From Fonticula alba ATCC 38817 (lineage: Eukaryota > Protista > Nucleariida): 64,000 bases of DNA. The notes under the pieces are model-generated. The model was not told the origin of the DNA and did no database searches. It saw only the letters and a program-made list of their open reading frames with translations. The DNA lies in NCBI GenBank assembly GCA_000388065.2, contig KB932204.1. The stretch is one strand, 5' to 3'. The position numbers and the translations under genes were made by a program. Of this stretch, positions 25,324 to 36,631 are shown one piece after another (positions within the stretch are counted from its first letter, which is position 1; each line of letters begins with the position of its first letter).

Positions 25324-26481
25324 GAGCCCCACGTGCTGCGATGGTCCCCCCTCCCCCCTGCGCGCACGCGCGCGTTGTCCCCAGTGGCGGGGGGGGGGGG
25401 GGGGGGACGAAGCGCGCCCGTGTGCACGCTCGCGCCCCTCCTCCTCCTCTCTCCCTCTCCACCTCCCCCCCCCTCCCCTGTCTCTCCCCTGTCATCGTCT
25501 GATGGGGCTGTCTGCCGTCTCCTACCTTCGCCCATTTCCCCATATCCCCTTCCCTGCCCGTGTGTGAATCTCCGGTCTCTGTCCTTGCCTTCTTTCCCCC
25601 CTCATCTCCCCTCCTCGATGGGTGTGTGTGCGTGTGTGTGTGTGTGTGTCCGCGCGTCCATGCCTGTCCTCGGCGCGCATTCACATTCGCACCACACCCT
25701 CACCGATGTATGCACATACATCGAAGTGTATTTATGTGTGAGTGTAAGCATGTATGCGCGTATGTATGCGATTATGTTACACAGTAGAAACATTGCCCCC
25801 TCCTACATGCTCCTCCCTCGCCGGATGGCTTTTTTGTCGCCCGCCCACCCTGCTCATGAATATACGCTCACACTCGTGTGTGGTGATGATTGTGTGATAG
25901 TCGGTCCGCGCGCATGGTCTCGTGCATCTGACGACACCCGGGGTCGCCTTCGGCCGGTCCCCCGCTCGCCAGCCGCCTCACCGGGCGAAGGCGGGGAACA
26001 TCTGGATGCGTTTTCAATGCCTGTGTGTGCCTGTGTGTCTGGGGGGGGGGGGGGGGCAGACGCCAGCGCGTACCCCCACATGAGCCCGACGGTGAGTGCG
26101 GGTCTTTCTCGATCAAGTAAGCAACACACCACGAGCAATGGCCGGGGGCTGGTGTGTGCGCGTGTGCCGGAGGCCCAAGTGAACGTACTAGTCCACGCCG
26201 ATCGGGCCTGCCGTGGATCGGGCTAGCACGTGACTGGAGTTTTCAGTGGTGCAAAGGCCACCGCCGTCCGGGTCAGCCCGGCGCCGTGTCCACAGACAGC
26301 CCTTTTCCCACCCTCTCCTCCCAGCGCCCTTTCTGTTGTGCCCCGTCTCTTTCCCTTGGACCGCCATTCTCCCCTGGGATTTGTCTGTGAAGAAGGAGAC
26401 CCCCCCCCCCCCCCACAAGATCCCCCTACCTCTCCCCCTTTCTCCCTTATTTTCTTTCCCCCTCCCCCCGCCGAGAAAGAA

Positions 26482-28488
26482 ATGCTCCCCGTCGCCCGTC
26501 TCGGCTCGCGGCTAGTCCAAACGTCCACCCTGCGCGGGATCCGCCTCCCCCTCCTGGCATCGGCCCACTTCTCTTCGGGGCCGATCGGCGGGCCGCGGGT
26601 GGCCATTGTTGGCAGTGGTCCTGCGGGCTTCTACACGGCGGACCGGCTGCTGCGGCGGGCCGGTGCCGCGAGCCAGGCGGCTCCCGAGGCCGATGGCTCT
26701 GCCACAAGTGCCGCCTTGCGCATTGACATCCTGGAGAGTCTGCCAGTGCCCTTTGGCTTGGCCCGGCACGGGGTGGCCCCGGACCACCAGGCCATGAAGC
26801 AGTGCATCAACCGGTTTGATGCGCTGCTGGCCGAGCAGCGGGAGGCCGCGGAATCGGCAACCGGGCAGCCGCAGCTCCGGTGGTTTGGTAATGTGACGGT
26901 CGGGGCCGGTCCGCCGGCTCCCTGCGGGGCGCCGGTTCCCGAGGGCCCCCCCCCACCGGCTCTGTCATTGGCGGCCCTTCGCTCGGCCTACGACGCGGTG
27001 ATCCTTGCCCATGGGGCTCAGGATGGCCGCGACCTCGGGGTGCCGGTGGTGGATGTGGCCACCGGCCGGCCGCTGCATGCCACCTCCCGCGGCACGGCTG
27101 CCCATGGCGCCGCCCTCGAGCGCATGCTGGTCAATCTCCTGCCCGCGCGCGATTTCGTCTGTTGGTACAATGGCCAGACAGACCACACCGAGTGTCCGGT
27201 CCCGGCGCTGGCAGCCCCGGCGGCGGCCTGGCTGCCGGTTTCGGCGTCCGAGCTGGCGCCCGGGCTGACCGGAGTTCGCGTGGCCGAGTTGCCCGCGGGA
27301 GCCGGGGCCCGGGCCCTGGTTGTGGGCAATGGCAATGTGGCCCTCGATGTGGCACGGGCTCTGCTGCGCGGGGATCGGGCCTTCGAGAAGTTGGATGTCC
27401 CCCGTGCCGGGGTGCTGGAGGTGCTTCGGCGCCATGCCGCAGCGCCGGGAGACCGACGCATCCGCCATGTGGAGGTCATTGGCCGGCGTGGCCCCGCGGA
27501 GGTTAGCTTCACCATCAGCGAACTGCGTGAGCTGGTGGGCGCGGCCATTGCCCGCCACGCCGGGCAGGCGCCGGATCCCGAAAAGTTCCCCCTCGACGCG
27601 GCGGATCCCCCCGGGGAGGAGGTGGTCCTTGTGGTGCCGGAGAAGGCGCTGGTTTTGCAGGCGCTGGATGCGGCCCCGGCGCCGGCCCGGCCGCGCGTCC
27701 GCCTGCTGGCACTCCTGCGCCAGGCGGTCGAGGCGGCGGTCGACCCGGCCGAGGAGCCAAATGTGTACGCCCGTGCCGGGCGCACGCTGACCTTCCGGTT
27801 TTTCGCCGCCCCGACAGCCATCCTGGCCCAAGGCGTGGCCACTCCTGTCGAACCGGAGGGCCCGAGTGCCGACGGCTGCCCGGCCTCCTACTACCAAGTG
27901 GCTGGCCTGCGGCTGGGCTTGAGCACGGTGGACCCGGCCACCGGCCGTGCCACGCCGCGCAACACCGGCACCGGGCTCGAGACCCAAATCCTCCTGCCGG
28001 CTTCGGTGGTCTTGACGTCGGTGGGCTTCCGCGTGGGGGCCCTGGACGATGAGGCGCCGATCGACACGGCTGCCGGTGCCAATCGCCTGGCCCATGATGG
28101 CCAGGGGCGTGTTCTGCCGGCTGGCGAGCCGCAGCCGCCGGCCGATTCTTCGGGCTCCAGCTCCACGGCCCTGGCCCCGGTCTATTGTGCCGGCTGGGCC
28201 AAGACAGGGCCGGTGGGGGTCATTGCCTCGACCATGGCCGATGCCTATGCCACGGCTGACGTGGTGTGGGAGGATTTGGCCGCTCGCGGAGGGACTCGTG
28301 TTGACACGGCCCCCGGCTTTGAGGGCCTCCCGATCGACCACTCCCAGGCCATCACCGCGGCCCAGTGGGCCCTTCTGGACCGGGAGGAGCGTGCCCGCGG
28401 CGAGGCGGCCGGTGCCCTTCGGGACAAGATCCCCAGCCGGGCCGAGCAGCTTCGTCTGTCCCGCGGCGGCTCGGCCAGCCCCGAGTAA
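26482..28488 (+). CDS. FDXR: Mitochondrial NADPH:adrenodoxin (ferredoxin) oxidoreductase (FDXR/ARH1 family), single exon, 668 aa
   Basis: Motifs are VAIVGSGPAGFY, LPVPFGLARHGVAPDH, FGNVTVG, YDAVILAHGA, ARDFVCWYNG, VVGNGNVALDVAR, IGRRGP, ELREL and YCAGWAKTGPVGVIASTM, preceded by an Arg/Leu-rich presequence. Confidence 0.93.
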   Translation: MLPVARLGSRLVQTSTLRGIRLPLLASAHFSSGPIGGPRVAIVGSGPAGFYTADRLLRRAGAASQAAPEADGSATSAALRIDILESLPVPFGLARHGVAPDHQAMKQCINRFDALLAEQREAAESATGQPQLRWFGNVTVGAGPPAPCGAPVPEGPPPPALSLAALRSAYDAVILAHGAQDGRDLGVPVVDVATGRPLHATSRGTAAHGAALERMLVNLLPARDFVCWYNGQTDHTECPVPALAAPAAAWLPVSASELAPGLTGVRVAELPAGAGARALVVGNGNVALDVARALLRGDRAFEKLDVPRAGVLEVLRRHAAAPGDRRIRHVEVIGRRGPAEVSFTISELRELVGAAIARHAGQAPDPEKFPLDAADPPGEEVVLVVPEKALVLQALDAAPAPARPRVRLLALLRQAVEAAVDPAEEPNVYARAGRTLTFRFFAAPTAILAQGVATPVEPEGPSADGCPASYYQVAGLRLGLSTVDPATGRATPRNTGTGLETQILLPASVVLTSVGFRVGALDDEAPIDTAAGANRLAHDGQGRVLPAGEPQPPADSSGSSSTALAPVYCAGWAKTGPVGVIASTMADAYATADVVWEDLAARGGTRVDTAPGFEGLPIDHSQAITAAQWALLDREERARGEAAGALRDKIPSRAEQLRLSRGGSASPE

Positions 28489-28510
28489 CGCGACCGCCGG
28501 TTCAAAACAG

Positions 28511-28580
28511 ACACGCACACGCACGCACACGCACGCACACGCACGCACACGCACGCACACGCACGCACACGCACGCACAC
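28511..28580. repeat. 10-bp tandem repeat (GCACGCACAC) x 6 perfect + 1 variant, alternating purine/pyrimidine
   Basis: Read directly; lies just downstream of the FDXR stop codon. Confidence 0.95.
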
Positions 28581-29348
28581 TTTCATACACTCAGCGAGGC
28601 TCAGGCCGGCCGCCAGAGGAAGACATGGCGCGCTGTGAGCGCCCATAGCCGAAGCTCGGCAGACGGCGGGGGGCCAGCGCAAACAGGGCGAGCCTGCGGT
28701 TAGCCCATTCGCTTCCGGGGCCGCGATAGCGCCCTGGTAGCAGCGATAGCCGCTTTGGACGGTGCGCCAGGGCCGCCCGGCCCCGCTGCGAGCCAACGCC
28801 ATATGCCAACCCATAGACAGCCAATACATCCCCACTGGCACCTGCCTGATCTCCGGACACCTGCTTCGGTGGCAGGTGCTCCATCGCTGTCCATGTGGCT
28901 GGGGTTGGTCGCTCTCCTTGCCTCTGCACGCGCGCTTTCCCGTCTTCGGCGTCTCGGCCGCCCGTGTTGCAGACGGCGGTGTTGAGCGCACGCGCATGCC
29001 GGGGAGGCCGCCGGGTGGGTGGGCGGGCGGGCGGGCGGGCAAGGCAGGGCACAAGGGCTGGGCGGCGTCCTTCCGAGTGGATGGTGGCCCAGACTGTGGC
29101 CTCACCGAGGGGTGATGTGCGGGATGATGAGAGCCGGGTCAGTGGCCGGGTCGGGGCTTGGGCGCCGCGCGAGGTTACTGCCTCCCCTCCCCCGCCGCTG
29201 CGCGCCCCATATCTTTCTCCGCCTCTCCTCCCCTCCCTGCTCGCCTCCTCCGCATTGCATCTCCTCCCTTTGTGTCTCGCCCGCGAGTCGCCCTCTTCCC
29301 CTCCCTTTCGCCTGCTTCCCCTCCTTCCTGTCTCATCCCCTGAGCGCC

Positions 29349-31071
29349 ATGTCCTCCGCGGTCGATCGCAAGAAGCGCTTTGTCGAGCTCAAGTCCAACC
29401 GGATCGAGCATGTGCGTCCTTCTTTTGTGCAGACAGGCCGACGGCCATGCTCCCCTCAATGCGCCTACCCCCGCCGATGGGGCGCTTTTGTCTAACCGCT
29501 ATGTTCTCCCCCCCCCCCCCCTCCTTCCCCTCGGGTACGAATGTGCACAGCCGAGCTCCATCAGCTTCCCCCCGGTTGGCGCCTATGAGCATGAAGATGT
29601 CTTCTCCATCGAGAAGTTCCAGAAGGTCCGTGTGCTGGCTCGGCAACTGCGCACATGTTTACGCCCTTTCATCCATCTCCCCACCCTTCTCTCTCTCTCT
29701 CTTTCCCCTTCTCTCCTCCTTACACTCCTCCCTCCTGCGGCCGCTTCTCGCCGGCCGGCCGGCCCGCCCGCGGTCACCGTATGCAGACTTTCAAGGTCCA
29801 GGTGATCAAGCTGACCGACGACCACATTGAGTTCGACTTTGTGGGCATTGACGCGGCCCTGGCCAATGCCATCCGGCGCATTCTGCTGGCCGAGGTCCCG
29901 ACAATGGCCATTGAGAATGTCTATGTCAAGAACAACACCAGTGTCCTTCATGACGAGCTCCTCTGCCACCGCCTGGGGCTGATTCCCATCTACGCCGATC
30001 CGCGCCAGTTTGACTTCAAGTTCGCCGAGGACGAGGCCACCGACATCAATACCATTGTCCTGTCGCTGAATGTCAAGTGCACGCACAATCCCAGCGCTCC
30101 GGCCGGCGCCAGCGATCCGAATGTCCGCTACATCAACTCCACCGGTGCGCCTGATGTCTGCTGTCCTTTCGCTGTCCGCTCTCCCTCCCCCTCTCCCCCT
30201 CCCCCTCCCCTTGTACTCCCTGCTCTATTTCGGATCACTCCTGACCGCCATTTGCCCTCGCCCACTCTTCCGCTGTCGAACGCACCAGCTTTCTCTCGTG
30301 ACATCAAGTGGGTGCCCCAGGGACCACAGGCCGAGCGCTTCGCCGAGGATCCAATCCGCCCGGTGCACGATGCCATCGAGATTATTCGCCTGCGCCCGGG
30401 CCAGGAGCTGGACATCGACATGCACTGCGTCAAGGGCATCGGCAAGATCCACGCCAAGTGGTCCCCCGTGTCGACGGCATTCTACCGCATCATGCCGCAG
30501 ATCGACATCCTCAAGCCCATCCCCTCGGAGTTGGTTGACAAGTTCGTTGACTGTTTCTCGCCCGGTGTCATGACCGTGAGCACGGACTCCAAGACCGGCA
30601 CCAAGACCGTCAGCGTGGCCAACGCCCGCAATGACTCCATGAGCCGCGAGGTCATGCGTCACCCGGAGTTCGCGGACTCGGTTCGCATCTCGCGCGTGCG
30701 GGACCACTTTATTTGTGCGCCAGTCACCGGCCTTTCGGCCTCCCGCCCTCCATTCCTTTGATCCGTCTTTGCTTTCGATGATGTCCTTTTCATTTCGCCC
30801 GGAATCCCGGCCATCGCTGACTCCGTCACGGTTCTCTGGCCTTGTCGCCCTCTCTTCCATTGGGGGCCGGGTGGTTGTGCACACCAATGCACTCCTCCCC
30901 GCAGTCTCGGTGGAGTCTGTCGGTATGCTGCCCTCGGCTGTCCTCGTCCAGGAATCCATCAAGGTCCTCCGGGAGAAGGCCATGCGCGTGAAGCTTGAGC
31001 TGAACCAGCTGATCACCAACTCCAACGGCGAGACTGGTGCCGGGGATGCCGACGTGTCTGAGGCCTCCTAA
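29349..31071 (+). CDS. POLR1C: RNA polymerase I/III shared subunit AC40 (RPAC1/RPC40), 5 exons
   Basis: Motifs are EFDFVGIDAALANAIRRILLAEVPTMAIENV, NNTSVLHDELLCHRLGLIPI, RLRPGQELD..CVKGIGKIHAKWSPVSTAFYR and RVRDHFI|FSVESVG. Confidence 0.95.
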
Positions 31072-31486
31072 ATGCACATGCCAACCTGGCGACCGATCTC
31101 TCCTGGAGGCCGGATTCCGCGCCTCCCTCTCCTCTGTTGGCTCTTCTCCACAAGGGCAGGGGGGGGGGGGCCGGCAGGCCGCGTGTCGGCGCTCGTCTCT
31201 CGGGCTGGGGACATCCCCTCCCCGGCTTCCTTCCTCCCTCGCGAGCGCCGTGCCCGCAGCCCATCTCCTCCTTTCCCATCTCCTCCTCTCTCCCCCTGTG
31301 TGCATGTCACCCCCTCTCACAAATAGATTCTCGACACCAAGTGCAGCTGCTCCCCTGTGTGGACCGGGAAAGGGAAGAAGAAGAAGAGGAGAAGAAAGAA
31401 GACTTAACGCCGGCGATCACATTGGGAATGGTATGTGCATCAGCTTGCCCCAGGCCCGTTGAGGGGGTCCCCGTCTGCTCACACCG

Positions 31487-33261
31487 TCAGGCAGTCGAGG
31501 GGGCATTGTCCTGGTGAGTGTCGCGCTCATTGGCCGGAACCGGTGCCAGGGCAGCAATCACCCCCTCATAGCAGGCTACTCCCTCGAGGAACCCCTGGCA
31601 GAAGACAAACTCATTGTGGTCGTGCAGCCGGACCGGGGTGTTGCGAATGGGCGAGAAGCCGAAAACGTCCAGACCCAGCGACCGGAGGTACCGGCCATCG
31701 GTGGCCGCCGGGAAGACCGCCGGCGCCAAGGGCACCCCATGGTCCACCTCGACGCTCTGGCGCAAGGTTCGCCACCAGACATTGTCCTCGGAGGCCTGGC
31801 TCACATAGTGCTCCGGGGTTTTGACGTGGAAGTTGAATTCGAAAGTCGGCGAGTCGGCTCGCTCGGCGTAGCGCTCCATCTCGGTCCAGCGCTGGAGCAG
31901 TGCCTCGACCTCGGCCATGGGGATGGCCGGGGGGATGCGCACATCAAAGCCGGCTTCGGCCTCCATGGGGATGACATTGAGGGCGTAGCCACCTGGGGAC
32001 CATGGGCGCGGGTCAGGCGAGGGGAACCGAGAAGAAAGCGCGACAGCCAACATGAGATCCCGGCAGCAGGTGGGCCCGGGAGAAGGGGGCCCGGATCGTG
32101 TCGAAAATATACGCACCCATTGGCGCCGGCCCGGGAACACCGGACTTGAGCATGGTCAGGTTGAGGGTCAGGACATCACCCAGAGCGGCGGCCACTGAGT
32201 GTTTGCAACCGCCGGCATGGAACTTCTCCTGTGTCCCGGCGTCCAAGAGGGGGCCTGGTGTCAGAAAAAGCGAAATAAGGCAGGTGTTGGCGGGGGGGGG
32301 GAGGGGAGGAGGCAGCACCCTGCATGGGGCGACAACAGGAGGGGGAGGGGGGGGGGCGGAAAAAGAGAGGAGGACGCGAAGGGCAAAAGCGCACTTCCTG
32401 CTGGGCCCGGAAGGCAAAGGCGTTGTTGATGAAGTTGATCAGGCGCTCCGTGGCGGTGTTGTTGACGAACCGGCTGCCATGGCCGGTGGGGCCGTCGCGC
32501 GCGCGCACTGTCAGCCACCATACCGCCCGCTCGCCATAGAACACATCGAAGCTGTTGGTTTCCGAGGCCAGGCCCTCATCTAGCGCCATGGCCAGGCGCA
32601 GGGCCCGGAAGTCCGGCGTCTGCATAAAGGCTCCCATGCCCTCGGCACCGCCGACCTCCTCGTCCGGCACGAAAGTCAAGACCACGTCCCGGGGAAAGGG
32701 AGACACCTAGCAGTAGGGCGCACAAGCACCAGAATGGCCCCCCCCCACGCAGCCAGTTGGCGTGGTGGTCGACCGGGAGCGTTGCATGGATGTATGGATG
32801 CATGTGTGTGTGTGTGCGTGCGTGTGTGTGTGTGTGTGTGCGTGTGTGAAAATCCGTGAACGTGGGGGCGTGTGTGCGAGGACGACGGGGAGAACAATGA
32901 CATTGAAGGTCCTGGATCCCGGGCATATTCGAATGAAGGCATGCGCACCTGCGATTTGCGGGCCCGCTGAATGGCTCGAATGGCCTCGAGATACTGAATG
33001 CACACGGACTTCATGTCCTGCGCACCGCGGCCATACAGGCGCCCTTCCTTGATGAGCGGCCGAAAGGGATCGCCCCCGGTCTCGGTCCACTTTTCCGGGA
33101 AGGCAGGCACCACGTCATAGTGACTGTTGAGGAGGATTGCCCGGAGGTTGGGGTCGGTTCCCGGCCAACGGGCAATCAAAATCGGCTTATTGGCAACAGG
33201 CTGGCATGCATGGGAGGGTCAGCGTTGGCTGCCGCAAGTGCAGCTGGCGTCAATCTCGAAG

Positions 33262-33296
<35 letters not shown>

Positions 33297-33594
33297 CAGA
33301 TACGGATGTCGTGAGACCCAGCTCGGCACAGATGCCCGAGAGGAAGGCCACCGCCTCGGCATACGAGCCAGCAGGGCCTTCAGCGGGAGGGGAGATCGCG
33401 ATAGGTTACGAGGCAGAGGGAAAAGATTGGTGAGAGGCTGGTGCGGTGAATGAGAACAGAAACCGAAGAGAGAGAGGGAGAAGGCATGCTGCGAGCGCAC
33501 CCTCGCCAGAGACAGTGCGGATTGCGAGGAAGGCCGCCAGGTTGGCAATCCGTGGGTCGGCCTGGAAGTCTGCATCAGAGGTGGTGACCGACAT
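31487..33594 (-). CDS. ACY1: Aminoacylase-1 (peptidase M20A), ~6 exons
   Basis: Motifs are ILLNSHYDVVP, LYGRGAQDMKSV, TFVPDEEVGG, ALDEGLAS, FYGERAVWW, GHGSRF, NVIP, PAATDGRYLR and GFSPIRNTPVRLHDHNE. Confidence 0.93.
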
Positions 33595-34086
33595 GGCGTG
33601 GCAGGATGTGGGGAATGATGAGGGCGAGGGAAAAGAAGGGATTTCGGGGGGGGGGGGGGAGGAGTAGTGCGGAAAGTGGGTGACAGGAAAATTGGCTGCC
33701 ACGCTCCTTCACGGGAGAGCGGTGACAGTTCCCCAAAAAGTCCCGGTCTCAATCTAGCTCATCCTCCGGAGGGATGTTCTCTTCCCTTCTCTCCCTTGCC
33801 CTCTCACGCTCTCACGCTCTCACGCTCTTGGCCGGCGCAGCTCATTAAAAGCGCCTTGCCACTGGCCCCCCTTTCCCGCACACTCCCTCGTCGCGGATTG
33901 GGTGCTGGGCGGTACCAGGCCCTGGAATAGTCGAAACCCGAGGACAACCGGGGCACGCGCCCCCTGGACAGAAGAAAGAGGTCGACGTGCGCATCTCTCT
34001 CAGCGCTGGGCCGGCGCTGTTCTCGGGAGAGGGGGGCTTTATTTGTTGTGTTGCGTGCATTGGCAGTTGGGCCGATCGGGGCGTGC

Positions 34087-35933
34087 TCACTCGGCCGGGG
34101 AGGCGGGCCCGGAGGACGGGGCGATCTCACGGAAGCCCCAGTTGATGCCGATGGCCGCGCGCACATGGACCGAGGCGATGAGGCCCGTTTCGCCGGGCTG
34201 GATCTGCGCCTTGAAGGGGCGCTCGGTGTAGATGCCGAAGTCCACGACATCCTCAATGTTCCCGGAGTCGACATCCACGTCGAGAGTCACCTCCACCGGG
34301 CGCGCGCGGCCATTGACCGCCTCGAAGGTGACGTTGGTCGAGCCAGGGCTGGAGGTAATGGTCTGGCGCAGGCGAACATCTTTTTCAACCGGGAGGGGGG
34401 GGGAGATACCAAAGAAGGAGAAAGGAAAAGAGGTCAGTGGTGCGACGAGCGACCCGGCGAGGACACGAAGCGGGAGCACATACCCTGGAGCTCTGACTCC
34501 TGGACATTCACCCGCGGAGAGGTGGGCGAGGTGGGGGAAGCGGGGTTGGATGCCGGAGGAGCGGGCTTCTCAGTGTCAACCGCTGGAGTCACAGGAGCCG
34601 GGGCGGCGGCAGGACTCGGGGCCTCAGTTGCGGGGGGAGGAGTGTCGTCGATGGGAGAGGCCGGGGCGACAGGGGCGACAGGAGCAGCATCGGCAGGAGC
34701 AGCATCGGCAGGAGCAGCAGTGGCAGGAGCAGCATCGGCAGGAGCGGCAGGAGCGGCAGGAGCAGGGGCGGGGGCGGGGGCTGAATCGGCAGTAGTGGCA
34801 GGAGCTACATCGGCAGGAGCCGCAGCAGCGGGGGCAGGCGACACATCCGTCGGAGCCGCAGTACGCGGCCGGGGCGGGGCAGCAGTGGCCTTGGAGGTGG
34901 GTGCCAGGCTCAGGGCGGCCAGCGCGGCCAGCGCATCAGCTGGCAGGGCGGAATCCGGCACGGACACCGGGGCGGGTGCCGAGACACCGGCGTCTTCCGC
35001 GGCAGCCACAGCAGGGACACTGGCGGCACCAGTGGCTGGCTGAGCTGGCGGATGCGCCCCCTCCTCCTGATCCACCAACGGGACATAATGCCACACGGAC
35101 TCCAGTGCGTCCTCGGCCAGGACGGTGCCCAGGTTGACACGCTGCCCCGGGGGAATGACCCGGATGAAGGGCAGTTCCGAGGGGTAGGTGGAGATAATGC
35201 TGCCGGACTTGGGCTGTGAACCGGCACGCGGGGGTCAGTATGGCAAGGCAGTTCCCGGCCGGTGGGGACGGGGAGGGCGAGGCGGGGAGAGGCAGTGCAG
35301 CGGGAGCAAAGGGAGGGGAGGCCAATCGGGCATGCGGCCACGCACCAGCAAGTCCACATGCACCTCGATCGGATCCGAGCGGGTGTTCTCGCACTCGGCC
35401 GTGACATGGAGGTGCTCCTTGCCGGTCTCGGGGGAGGCCTCATTGAAGGTGGCCGAGGTGTGGAGGATGACTCCATCAGACTCGGAGGATCGGCGCTGGG
35501 TGTCCAGGACGACCGCGCGGATGCCGGCGCCAAAGCTGAATGCCCCAGCGCCGGACTTGTCGGCGGCCGCCACGCGGACAAAATCAAACACCGGGTCCTT
35601 CGGGCCCACAGTGACCGACACCTCCAGCGGCCCATTCAACTGGGCCTTGGTGGCATTCAGCGGCTCAAGGGCCACGTTCTCCCCCTCAAAGGTCATGGTC
35701 AGGCGGAAGGACATGTCCCCGGTGTTGGCGATCGTGTACTCGTAGGTCGGCAGGGTGCCACTCTGGTCAGGACGGAACTCCACGAAGGGGAACCGCGTGA
35801 GCACCATGCTGCCCAGGTGCTGGACACTAATTTCGTCGGACTGGGCACGGTGTCAGCAGCGAAAGAGGCAAGGCACAGGGCGTGGGCGAGAAGCACGACA
35901 GGGGCGAGGGCGCGAGCAAGAGCGACGAACCAT
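34087..35933 (-). CDS. Uncharacterised ~506-aa protein: three ~100-aa beta-strand-rich domains with an Ala/Pro-rich linker; 4 exons (35933-35931, 35840-35346, 35213-34484, 34379-34087)
   Basis: Three GT-AG introns give a continuous frame (1521 nt including stop). Codon usage is coding-like. No family recognised. Confidence 0.75.
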
Positions 35934-36631
35934 GGCGGAGCCTGGGTTTTGGGCGGAGAGAACGAGGAGGAGGAGGAGGAGGAGGAGGAGGAGGGCGGCG
36001 GGAGCAGGAACAGGGAGGAGGGATCTGCAAGGAGGCTGTTGCGTGCACCGCCTCGGAGGGGGGCTTTTCACCGTGCTCCGCCCCCCCCCCCCCCATTCAG
36101 ATGCGGCGGCCAGACCAACACATCACGCATGACGACCAGGGGACGGGCCATGTCGACCGAACAGGCCCGCGAAGACGACTCCGGCCAGCTGGATAGCTGG
36201 AACTAATATGTGGCAGAGGGTGGGGTCCGGGGCTCATCGGAACTCGTCCGCCCGACCCCCGGGGTCGCAGGGGGTCCAATGGGCCCTCCGCTGGCACATG
36301 TGATTGCCCTGGGCCCGGCCCCCCCCCCCCTCTGCCCCACTCCTCTCCCCCCATGGAATGAGAGCAAGGACCAAAAAACCGACACAAAGGACAGAAAAAA
36401 ATAAGAGAAGAGGGGGGGGGGGAGGGGGATCAGAAGGGCCCCCGCTTTTACGGGCCGCCCGGCATCTCAAGATCCCCCAGCCTTAGTGCCCTGAGGGAGG
36501 CCGCCAGCCAAGACTTCCCCCGCCCCCCCCCTTCCTCCTCTCCCCCTTTCGCCCGCCCCCCTCGCCACTTCGCTCCTCCTCGGCCCTCTTCTCTCTCCCC
36601 CCTCTCTCTCCCCCCCCTGCAAATTGCCGCC

